Below are positions 49,348 through 57,843 of a DNA stretch of 64,000 nt, in pieces; position 1 is the stretch's first letter; each line of letters starts with the position of its first letter. The notes below the pieces were generated by a model that was given only the letters and a program-made list of their open reading frames with translations, was not told the origin of the DNA and did not search any database. A program made the position numbers and the translations under genes. This stretch comes from Candidatus Dojkabacteria bacterium (GTDB lineage: Bacteria; Patescibacteriota; Dojkabacteria; J137), in NCBI GenBank assembly GCA_041750555.1, contig JBGSZB010000029.1, positions 672-64,671 on the forward strand, written 5' to 3'.

Positions 49348-50355
49348 ATGGCTAAAGAAGAAGTCAAAACAAATAACACTAAGGAGGAAGCTATTAAGAT
49401 GGCTTTACAGCAAATCACTAAACAGTTTGGAGAAGGTTCAATTATGACCCTTTCAGGAGATAAAGTTAAAAAAATGGATGTAATTTCAACAGGAGCAATT
49501 GGATTAGATATAGCTCTAGGAGTTGGAGGTGTTCCAAGAGGAAGGATTATTGAGATATATGGTCCAGAGTCTTCAGGAAAAACTACTTTAGCTATGCATA
49601 TAATTGCAGAAGCACAAAAAGCAGGAGGAACTGCAGCGCTAATTGATGCTGAACATGCATTTGATGCTGAATACGGTAAAAAATTAGGAATTCAAACAGA
49701 GAGTCTTTTAATTTCTCAACCAGATTATGGAGAACAAGCCTTAGAAATCTTAGAAACACTTTTAAGAAGTGGAGCGGTTGATGTTGTGGTTATTGACTCA
49801 GTAGCAGCATTAACTCCAAAAGCTGAAATTGATGGGGAGATGGGAGACTCACATATGGGATTACAAGCTAGACTTATGAGCCAAGCATTAAGAAAAATAA
49901 CTAGTATCGCTGCAAAAACAAACACCATAGTTGTGTTTATTAATCAAATAAGGTTAAAAATTGGGGTAATGTTTGGAAATCCAGAAACTACAACAGGAGG
50001 TAATGCCCTAAAGTTTTACTCAAGTGTAAGAATGGATATAAGAACTAGAGAAAAGATTGTTAAAGGTGAAGAAACAGTTGGAAATCTTGTAAGAGTTAAA
50101 ATAGTTAAAAACAAAGTAGCTCCTCCATTTAGAGAAGCAGAATTTGAAATTAGATATGGAGAAGGAATAGATAAAATATCAAGTCTTATCGATGCCGCAT
50201 TAAAATACAACATTATCGAAAAGAGTGGAGCATGGTTTAAAAGAAACGGAGAAAACTTGGGACAAGGTAAAGAATCTGTTAAAGAGTTAATGAAGAACGA
50301 TAAAAAATTACTCCAAGATGTTTGGAATGAAGTTAAGAAAGCTGCAGGGTTGTAA
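49348..50355 (+). CDS. recA: Recombinase RecA
   Basis: [50 protein letters not shown]. Confidence 0.98.
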   Translation: MAKEEVKTNNTKEEAIKMALQQITKQFGEGSIMTLSGDKVKKMDVISTGAIGLDIALGVGGVPRGRIIEIYGPESSGKTTLAMHIIAEAQKAGGTAALIDAEHAFDAEYGKKLGIQTESLLISQPDYGEQALEILETLLRSGAVDVVVIDSVAALTPKAEIDGEMGDSHMGLQARLMSQALRKITSIAAKTNTIVVFINQIRLKIGVMFGNPETTTGGNALKFYSSVRMDIRTREKIVKGEETVGNLVRVKIVKNKVAPPFREAEFEIRYGEGIDKISSLIDAALKYNIIEKSGAWFKRNGENLGQGKESVKELMKNDKKLLQDVWNEVKKAAGL

Positions 50356-50925
50356 TTAACCCTCAGCCAGAATTAATTTATTTAACTCATCTATAACAAC
50401 AGGATAGATTTGAGATAATATACCTATATCTTTTTTTACTCTTTGCATTGTAGTATCCTTTTCTTCTGCTGTAGATAAGGGATACCCATTTATATCTAAA
50501 CTTATTCCCTCATCACCAAAGGTTTCAATTCCTGTCCACAATGCAATTCTGGTACCATCAATTTCGATAGCAATATATCTTGATTGGGGAGTGCCACTCA
50601 CTAAAGTAACAGAGCAATCAGACAGCTCACTTAAACTTGTGGTCAAAGCTTCTACTAGCTTTTTAAGTAGTCTATTTTTAACTCTTATATTACCCCTAAC
50701 TTGGTCAAAAGTCTTCCAAGATAAATTAAGCTTTGGTCCATCACCTCCATCATAGTATCCATCAAAAGTTATCTCCCCGCTATTTAATTCAATTGTAAAA
50801 TTATCCGTAAAAACAGTAGACTCAATTGACGGAACACGATCCCCTTCTGACTCGGCTACATTAATTGCTAAGCTTATCGCCGATTCTATTTCACTCTGTT
50901 GTGAACTAATGTCAAAAGATGCCAT
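50356..50925 (-). CDS. Hypothetical soluble protein (orphan-like)
   Basis: ATG at 50925 (MASFDISS) preferred, with TGTTATAAA upstream; ends ...ILAEG. Confidence 0.6.
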   Translation of the reverse strand: MASFDISSQQSEIESAISLAINVAESEGDRVPSIESTVFTDNFTIELNSGEITFDGYYDGGDGPKLNLSWKTFDQVRGNIRVKNRLLKKLVEALTTSLSELSDCSVTLVSGTPQSRYIAIEIDGTRIALWTGIETFGDEGISLDINGYPLSTAEEKDTTMQRVKKDIGILSQIYPVVIDELNKLILAEG

Positions 50926-51042
50926 GATAAAAATTTTAACTGCAAATTTATAACACAAACACAAGCATTCTTAAATATTTGCAAATTTAAGAAAAATAAA
51001 TTAATCTTAGATAACTCACATTTAGTTTTAAAAAATTGTTCA

Positions 51043-51639
51043 ATGTCAAATTTATCAGTAGTCCTAGATCATTTATTTATTTCAAAAGTTAGAATTAAAA
51101 TCCTTAAATATTTTATCTTCAATATGGAAGATGAGATTCATTTAAGAGGAATAGTTCGAGAGGTTGATGAAGAGATAAATGCTGTAAGACGGGAACTAAA
51201 TAGGTTAGAAGAATTAGGTATATTTATTACAAAAGAAAAAGGTAATAGAAAGTACTTTAAATTTATACAAACACATCCCTTAGCTAAAGAGATAGCTAGT
51301 TTAATAATTAAATGCTATGGATTAGGTGATGAAATTATTAGAAAAGAAGCAAGACTTGGAGATATTAAGTTTGCATTCTTTACTCCATCTTTCATATTTA
51401 AATCAATGTACGCATCTAACTCTATAGATTTAGTAATAATCGGGAAAGTAGATATGATAGAACTAGAGGAGTTGGTTCAAAAAACACAAAAAACTTTAAA
51501 AAGAGAGATCCACTATACAGTTTTAACATTTAATGAGTTTGAAACAAGAAAGAAGAGAGGAGAGCAATTTGTAACAAATATATTAATTCAAGATAGAGTA
51601 ATGCTAATAGGCAGAGAAGACGAATTAATAAGGATTTGA
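51043..51639 (+). CDS. wHTH + degenerate nucleotidyltransferase-fold protein
   Basis: SKVRIKIL, HLRGIVR...NAVRRELNRL wHTH; IDLVIIG..., KREIHY MNT-like domain lacking the canonical GS motif. Confidence 0.75.
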   Translation: MSNLSVVLDHLFISKVRIKILKYFIFNMEDEIHLRGIVREVDEEINAVRRELNRLEELGIFITKEKGNRKYFKFIQTHPLAKEIASLIIKCYGLGDEIIRKEARLGDIKFAFFTPSFIFKSMYASNSIDLVIIGKVDMIELEELVQKTQKTLKREIHYTVLTFNEFETRKKRGEQFVTNILIQDRVMLIGREDELIRI

Positions 51640-51675
51640 TTTAGCAGAAAAGTTAGATAAGTGATAAAATAAAGT

Positions 51676-52068
51676 ATGTTAAAAAACTTTTCTATACAAA
51701 ATTTACTACAACAAATGCAGAATGTAATACCAAATTACTGCGATAAATGTGGTCATAAACACGATAAAGCTGATTTAGAACTAATTTCACAAGAGGGAAC
51801 AAAAGCTAACTTTAGATTATCTTGTTCAAACTGTGGTAACTCATACATGGTAATGGTACAAAGTCCTATGGATGGAGTATTTACAGCAAGAAAATACAAT
51901 GCAAGAAAAGATCTAACAGCTAGCGAAATTTCTAAGTTTTCTAGATTAGAATCAATTAACAAAGAAGAAATCCTTGATGCATTTATTGCAATTAAAGATG
52001 TAAACACATTAGAAGAGCTAGAGTCTTTATTTAACTCAGATATTGATAGCAGTACTAATAGTAAATAA
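51676..52068 (+). CDS. Zn-ribbon hypothetical protein
   Basis: CDKC...CSNC. Confidence 0.7.
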   Translation: MLKNFSIQNLLQQMQNVIPNYCDKCGHKHDKADLELISQEGTKANFRLSCSNCGNSYMVMVQSPMDGVFTARKYNARKDLTASEISKFSRLESINKEEILDAFIAIKDVNTLEELESLFNSDIDSSTNSK

Positions 52069-53112
52069 AGATTTAGGTATCTCAAATTCCTCTGCAGTAG
52101 TTAGAATAAATTGAATATCATTATCTAATAGATAATTAGATATATACTCTCTATTAGTATTATCAAGTTCCGACATTAAATCATCAATTAAAAACAATGA
52201 CGACCTATCAAGTGTAGATTTAAAAAACCTTAGCTGTGCAAATTTAAGTAACAATACAGCTATTCTTTGTTGTCCACGAGAACCAAAAAACCTCATTGAT
52301 TTATTTTCTAATTCAATTGTGTAATCATCCTTTTGAATTCCATATAAGGTTTTACCAACAATAATTTCCTTTTCAATATTTTCTCTAAATTTATTTAATA
52401 ACTTAACTTTATACTCTTCTAAACTATTACACGTATTTGGCAAATATTTTAATTCCCAGCTACTTCCATTACTTAAAAATGATTTTAAGTCTTTAGAGAC
52501 CTCTTTAAACTCAATATTTAAGCTATTAAACACCTCATATCTTCTTTTAAAAATATCAAAACCTAAATCAACTAAGTTATTAGTCCAGTAATCTAAATCT
52601 GATTTATTAGCTTTTCCATCTCTAATCATTTTTAAAAATGAATTCCTATTTTTTAAAAATTTGTTATAGCTACTTAATGTTTTATAGTAGTCAGGATAAA
52701 TTGAAGAGATATAGTTATTAATATCTTTTCTTCTAATATCTGGTTCTCCTGAAACAATATTTACAGAGTTAGGAGCGAAAACTATACATGATAATTTCTC
52801 TAATACCTTTCTTTTAATAGTACTTTTATCATTAAATTTAATTAATACTTTAGTATCTAACTTAAAACTACTCTCTAAAATACCTTCATCCCAAATAGTT
52901 TTAACATACATGACTTCACTTCCATCTCCTACTAATTCATTCATTGACATACTTTCTCTAAGAGAATCTGAATAAATTGAAAAATATATTGATTCTAAGA
53001 AGTTAGTTTTACCACTAGAGTTAGAAGCTATAACGATGTTACCCCTCTTGTTTATATCTAGAGATAGCAATTTAAGATTCCTAAAATTTTTAATTGTGAT
53101 ATGCTTTAACAT
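52036..53112 (-). CDS. recF: DNA replication and repair protein RecF
   Basis: NFRN, NSSGKTNFLESI, GEPDIRR, GSRGQQR, LIDDLMSELD. Confidence 0.92.
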   Translation of the reverse strand: MLKHITIKNFRNLKLLSLDINKRGNIVIASNSSGKTNFLESIYFSIYSDSLRESMSMNELVGDGSEVMYVKTIWDEGILESSFKLDTKVLIKFNDKSTIKRKVLEKLSCIVFAPNSVNIVSGEPDIRRKDINNYISSIYPDYYKTLSSYNKFLKNRNSFLKMIRDGKANKSDLDYWTNNLVDLGFDIFKRRYEVFNSLNIEFKEVSKDLKSFLSNGSSWELKYLPNTCNSLEEYKVKLLNKFRENIEKEIIVGKTLYGIQKDDYTIELENKSMRFFGSRGQQRIAVLLLKFAQLRFFKSTLDRSSLFLIDDLMSELDNTNREYISNYLLDNDIQFILTTAEEFEIPKSLFTISTAINI

Positions 53113-53174
53113 CAAAGTATTTTAACTTAAAGCTTTAATAGCTTAAAATATATTATTCAAAAAGATAAATACAA

Positions 53175-54296
53175 ATGAAAAGAAAACTTAAAATTGCAAT
53201 AGATTTATCTATGGTAGACAACAGATCTGCAGGTATTGGGCAATATGCATCAAGTATTACAGAATCGCTTTTAAGAAATGATAAAAAGAATACTTTTACA
53301 ATATTTACAAATAATATTGATAATTTAAAAACATTTAAAGAGTTTGTGGGCGAATCTAAAAACTTTGAGATAAGAGAAATTAAGGGTAGAGGGGTTTTAT
53401 GGATATTAAAAGTTAGTAAATTACTTAAGAGTGAAAATTATGACTTCTTACTATCTCCCTCCAACTTTCTATTTGGAATACTTTTCCCAAATACACTACA
53501 GTGGGTACATGATTTAGCTCCAGTAAAGTATCCAAAGTTTTTTAAAAAATCATCATCACTAATGTATAAACTATTGCTTGACCTACTTTTACTTAAGGGT
53601 AAATATATAGCAACTATTTCAGAAACCATTAAAGAGGAGTTAATTAAATATAGACCATCAAGTAGGAGTAAATTAATTAATATTGGGATTGGTATTCATA
53701 CTTGGATATTAAAAGACTCTACCAGTAAAGAAAAGGAAAAAGTAATTAATAAGTTTAATTTACCTAAAAACTTTTTTCTTATTGTTTCAACACTTGAACC
53801 TAGAAAAAACCATATAAACACTATTAAAGGATTTAGAGCATATTTGGATACATTTGAAAATAAAGGGGAATACAAGTTAGTAATTACCGGTAAAAGAGGT
53901 TGGTTTTACAATGAGATATTTGAAACTGTAAAAGAATTAAAATTAGAGAACGATATTATTTTTACAGACTACGTTGAAAACCTTGAAATAAATGCACTAT
54001 ATGAACTATGTAGTGGAGTAGTGCTGTTAAGTCTTTATGAAGGGTTTGGATTATCTCTTATTGAGGGATTAATAAAAAATAAAAACTTACTTGTTTCAGA
54101 TATTCCTATCTTTAGAGAAGTATTAACACTTCAGAAAAAAGGTGTTGTATTTGTAAATGAAAATGATAGAGTTGAAATATCAAATGGATTTAATAAACTA
54201 ACAACAATGGGTGATTTGTCAGTTTCTTATGACTACTCTCCATACAGCTGGGACGCTACCTACACTAGAATATCATCTATTCTAAATAGTCTTTAA
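53175..54296 (+). CDS. GT4 glycosyltransferase (mannosyltransferase-like)
   Basis: AGIGQY, VHDL, TLEPRKN, SLYEGFGLSLIEG, SDIP. Confidence 0.9.
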   Translation: MKRKLKIAIDLSMVDNRSAGIGQYASSITESLLRNDKKNTFTIFTNNIDNLKTFKEFVGESKNFEIREIKGRGVLWILKVSKLLKSENYDFLLSPSNFLFGILFPNTLQWVHDLAPVKYPKFFKKSSSLMYKLLLDLLLLKGKYIATISETIKEELIKYRPSSRSKLINIGIGIHTWILKDSTSKEKEKVINKFNLPKNFFLIVSTLEPRKNHINTIKGFRAYLDTFENKGEYKLVITGKRGWFYNEIFETVKELKLENDIIFTDYVENLEINALYELCSGVVLLSLYEGFGLSLIEGLIKNKNLLVSDIPIFREVLTLQKKGVVFVNENDRVEISNGFNKLTTMGDLSVSYDYSPYSWDATYTRISSILNSL

Positions 54297-54316
54297 GATT
54301 GAAAGTCTAAATTTTC

Positions 54317-54386
54317 TTGACAAATGCAGTCAAATAGTGTATTTTAAGGGATTTGTAAAAAGGCAGTTAAAAATTTATGGTATACT
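54317..54386 (+). promoter_or_regulatory. Tandem promoters upstream of the acidic protein gene
   Basis: TTGACA-N17-TATTTT (54317-54345) and TGGTATACT (54378-54386). Confidence 0.5.
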
Positions 54387-54419
54387 GCAACTTTAAGAAT
54401 TTAAATATTAACTAAAATT

Positions 54420-54722
54420 ATGGCACCTAAAAGAAGAACTAAAAAAAACAATGGCTCTGATGAGAGCTTAGTAGATCCAGGTGTTACCCCAGCAGAAGAG
54501 AATTTAGCCGTAGATGGTGGCTATCAAATGGGAATAGTTGAAACAGATGAAGATGAAGAAACCCGCGACGAAGAAAAATTTAAAAGAGCAGCTCTAGAAC
54601 TAGTATCCCCTGAAGATGAAGAGATGGAATTAACAGATTCATTAGATATTGGAGAATACAAGGATGACTTTTTAGAGCTTGAGGGTTGGGATCCAAACGA
54701 AGCTTATTCTGAAGAAGATTAA
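54420..54722 (+). CDS. Small highly acidic hypothetical protein
   Basis: Basic N-terminus (KRRTKK), remainder D/E-rich; promoter-like elements upstream. Confidence 0.65.
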   Translation: MAPKRRTKKNNGSDESLVDPGVTPAEENLAVDGGYQMGIVETDEDEETRDEEKFKRAALELVSPEDEEMELTDSLDIGEYKDDFLELEGWDPNEAYSEED

Positions 54723-54774
54723 ATTACAAAGGTTAACATATATAGTATAATCACCTCTTAGTTATATTAAATTA

Positions 54775-55821
54775 ATGGATTTAGAATATAAAAAATTAAC
54801 CCAAGTTAAAAACAGAGTAAAATACCAAGCTTCAATTAAAAAAGAAGAGCTAGATCGTGAGCACAAAGCATTCATTACAAAACTTGGTCGGGATGTTAAA
54901 GTTCCAGGATTTAGACCAGGTAAAGCACCTCAAGCTGAAATTGAGAAGGCTGTGGGATATAACGCATACATCGAAGCAATTAATTCACTACTACCTAAAA
55001 CTGCACTAGAAATTCTTAAAAAAGAGAGTTTAAACCCAATATCATCTCTTGATTACAATTTTGATGATAATAAAGATTCTAAAGATGATAAAACCCTAGT
55101 ATTTACATTTGAATTCTTAACTCAACCTGATATTGATGTATCAAAATTTAAAAAAATTAAAGTTAAAAAAGAAGAAGTTAAAGTAACTGATAAAGATATT
55201 AATGATACTATTCAATCTTTAATTAAAACCTCATTACCTAGAGAGAAATGGGAGAAACATATTAAAAAAGATTCTAAAGATAGTGAATTAGAAATTACCG
55301 AAGAACTAATTAAAGACGTAGGATTTGAAGATGCTAAATCTTTAAAAGAGTTTCAAGTTAAAGTTAGGGAATCATTAGAAAACGTTAAAAATGAACAAGC
55401 TCAGAATAAATATGTAGCAACAATTGTAGAAGAAGCTCTAAAATTAAGTGACTTTGAAGTACCTCATGAATATGTACATAGAGAGATGGAACATAGAGAA
55501 GGTGAATTTAAAAAGCGAATAGACGAATTGAAATTAAACATGGAGGTATATTTAAGAAGTCAGAATAAAACTATTGAAAGCTTAAGAGAGGAGTGGCATA
55601 AACAAAGTGAATTAGATTTATCTACTGATTTATTATTAATTAATATCTCTGTTAAAGAAAAATTGATTCCAACTGATAAGGAAGCAGATGAAGAGATTAG
55701 CAAACTAGATAAAGAATCTCAAGAATACTATAAAGTTGAAGCTAATAGAGATTATTTAAAAACTGCATTATCTAGAAATAAAGGGTTACTTAGATTAGTT
55801 GATATTGTAGAGGGTAAATAA
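54775..55821 (+). CDS. tig: Trigger factor (apparently lacking the FKBP PPIase domain)
   Basis: VPGFRPGKAP ribosome-binding motif; 348 aa; C-terminal SurA-like helices. Confidence 0.9.
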   Translation: MDLEYKKLTQVKNRVKYQASIKKEELDREHKAFITKLGRDVKVPGFRPGKAPQAEIEKAVGYNAYIEAINSLLPKTALEILKKESLNPISSLDYNFDDNKDSKDDKTLVFTFEFLTQPDIDVSKFKKIKVKKEEVKVTDKDINDTIQSLIKTSLPREKWEKHIKKDSKDSELEITEELIKDVGFEDAKSLKEFQVKVRESLENVKNEQAQNKYVATIVEEALKLSDFEVPHEYVHREMEHREGEFKKRIDELKLNMEVYLRSQNKTIESLREEWHKQSELDLSTDLLLINISVKEKLIPTDKEADEEISKLDKESQEYYKVEANRDYLKTALSRNKGLLRLVDIVEGK

Positions 55822-56235
55822 TTAAGCTTCGGGAGATAGATCTGCACACAATTCACTAGAAGCATTAAATCTTCTTTTCAATACTATATGTCTAATACCA
55901 GAAAGACTATCTCCATTACTATTGAATTTCGCCTTTATCGATTTTATAAAATCAGCATAGGAATTAAACCCAAGTTTACAAAGATTACTCTCGTTTACTA
56001 CAACCTTCCAGCCATGGTAATACAGCGTATCAACAAATAAAATATCAGTTTCAAGAGTTATTCTGAAAGTTAAAATCTCACCATTTAATACAAGAGTAAG
56101 AAAAGTTTTACCTTTGTAGCTCCATAACTCATATTCGGGTTTAATCTCCTCTGCAAAGTTAACTTGATGATCGAATATCTCAAGACGTAACTTTGGATTT
56201 TGAAGATCCCAGGTTAATTCTAAAATTTTTTTCAT
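55822..56235 (-). CDS. Hypothetical protein, paralog of 56241..56699
   Basis: Shared RL.I..H...EY..W...G...L...LNG....RI..E...YY....GF.S...F..SI pattern. Confidence 0.7.
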   Translation of the reverse strand: MKKILELTWDLQNPKLRLEIFDHQVNFAEEIKPEYELWSYKGKTFLTLVLNGEILTFRITLETDILFVDTLYYHGWKVVVNESNLCKLGFNSYADFIKSIKAKFNSNGDSLSGIRHIVLKRRFNASSELCADLSPEA

Positions 56236-56240
56236 TTTAA

Positions 56241-56699
56241 TTAAGCCTCTGTTTGTATTTCAACCTTTTGTAAAAGATTTGGAGATACAGTATATTCTCC
56301 CCCGTAAGTTTTATACATTCTTAAGTTTCTTATTTTTGTAAAATCTATCTCCCCTTTATTGCCATCAGTCAATATTTTTCTAATGCTTAAAAGAAATTCA
56401 CTCTCCGAACTAAAACCTATTGTCCTCAAACTAACTGAATCAAGGATTGCTTTTTGTGCATCATAATACATTTCACCTACTGAAAAAGTATCTAGGTCAA
56501 CCCCCTTTCTACTGCTTTCTACCCATATTCTTAAAGTAAAAGGCCTACCATTTAGCTTAATACTTAAATATGACTCTCCCCCCCTTTCCCAAAATGAATA
56601 TTCAAGGCTATTGGAATCGAGCGAATTTTCATGATATCCAATCTGTAATCTGAAGTTTGTATCCTGTCTCTCATATGGTTTTTGTATATGTATATCCAT
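56241..56699 (-). CDS. Hypothetical protein, paralog of 55822..56235
   Basis: Same shared pattern; starts 6 nt after the trpS stop. Confidence 0.7.
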   Translation of the reverse strand: MDIHIQKPYERQDTNFRLQIGYHENSLDSNSLEYSFWERGGESYLSIKLNGRPFTLRIWVESSRKGVDLDTFSVGEMYYDAQKAILDSVSLRTIGFSSESEFLLSIRKILTDGNKGEIDFTKIRNLRMYKTYGGEYTVSPNLLQKVEIQTEA

Positions 56700-56705
56700 A
56701 TTATT

Positions 56706-57701
56706 TTAATAATAATTAATACCAATAGCTTCTCTAACTAAATCCATAGTAATTTTAGCTTCAGCTCTTGCTTTAGCTGTACCACTCTTAATTATATCCA
56801 TTACTTCATCCATATGAGATTCAAAATATTTTCTTTTTTCTCTAATTGGATCTAAAAAGATATTTAGTGCTATTTCTAATTTTTCTTTAACCTCTACATC
56901 CCCTACCATTCCTTTAATATATCTTTCTTTTAAATCTTTAACCTCTTCTAAATTTGTATTAAAAGCATCATGGTAAATAAAGACCGGGTTACCTTCAACC
57001 TTACCTGGATCAGTTGCTTTTACTCTATTAGGGTCTGTATACATACTCATTATCTTTCTATGTAGTGTTTCACGATCTTCAGATAAAGAGATAAAGTTAT
57101 TTAAAGATTTACTCATTTTGGCACCTCCATCAATACCTACTAATCTTGGTATATCACTATATATACCTTTAACTTTAGGGAAAATATCTGTTTTATACAC
57201 TTTATTAAATCTTTGAGCGATATAGTCGGCTAATTCAACCATAGGAGCTTGATCATTTCCTACAGGAACATTATTAGCTCTTAATATTAAAATATCAGCA
57301 GCTTGACTAATTGGATATGCTACAAAACCAAATGGAACTCCTGTGCTAAATCTTTTTTCTTTAATTTCTGTTTTAACAGTAGGATTTCTTAAAACCTCAC
57401 TGTGACTAACTAAGTTCATAAAAAACACAGTTAGTTCAGCAATCTCTGGTATTTGAGATTGTATAAAGATATTTGAATATTTAGGATCTATACCCACGCT
57501 TAGATAGTCAATTAAAACTTGATAAATATTATCTTGTATTTTTTTAGGATTATCATAATTATCTGTTAATGCTTGTACATCAGCTAACATAATATATGTA
57601 TCCATTTCACTTTGTAACTTAACTCTATTAGATAGCGACCCAACGTAATGACCTAAATGTAACCTTCCTGTAGGCCTATCACCTGTTAATATTCTATTCA
57701 T
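56706..57701 (-). CDS. trpS: Tryptophan--tRNA ligase
   Basis: TGDRPTGRLHLGH (HIGH), YPISQAADIL, VPVGNDQ, KMSKS. Confidence 0.97.
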   Translation of the reverse strand: MNRILTGDRPTGRLHLGHYVGSLSNRVKLQSEMDTYIMLADVQALTDNYDNPKKIQDNIYQVLIDYLSVGIDPKYSNIFIQSQIPEIAELTVFFMNLVSHSEVLRNPTVKTEIKEKRFSTGVPFGFVAYPISQAADILILRANNVPVGNDQAPMVELADYIAQRFNKVYKTDIFPKVKGIYSDIPRLVGIDGGAKMSKSLNNFISLSEDRETLHRKIMSMYTDPNRVKATDPGKVEGNPVFIYHDAFNTNLEEVKDLKERYIKGMVGDVEVKEKLEIALNIFLDPIREKRKYFESHMDEVMDIIKSGTAKARAEAKITMDLVREAIGINYY

Positions 57702-57768
57702 AATATATGTATTAAAATTTAAATTAATTATATTCTATTTATTGAAATTAGGTGTAGAAATTTATGGC

Positions 57769-57831
57769 TTAAAGCCATGAGAAGAAATTTAGAACGATTA
57801 CTTTGTTAACTAGTGTATTTTTCTTTACCAT
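57769..57831 (-). CDS. Putative Trp leader peptide MVKKNTLVNKVIVLNFFSWL
   Basis: 20-codon uORF with a penultimate TGG; perfect TGATATAAT ends 6 nt before its ATG; the Trp codon lies in an ATGGCTT-T-AAGCCAT hairpin. Confidence 0.65.
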   Translation of the reverse strand: MVKKNTLVNKVIVLNFFSWL

Positions 57832-57843
57832 AGGGCAATTATA

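Noticed and set aside
50926-50964. N-terminal extension MCLCYKFAVKIFI of the 50356 ORF (similarly the upstream starts at 16061, 43587 and 53115)
   Set aside because: These extensions run through or sit too close to promoter-like -10 elements; the downstream ATGs fit better.
51043-52068. MNT-HEPN toxin-antitoxin pair
   Set aside because: The NTase motif is degenerate, and the downstream protein is a Zn-ribbon protein without a recognisable HEPN RxxxxH motif.
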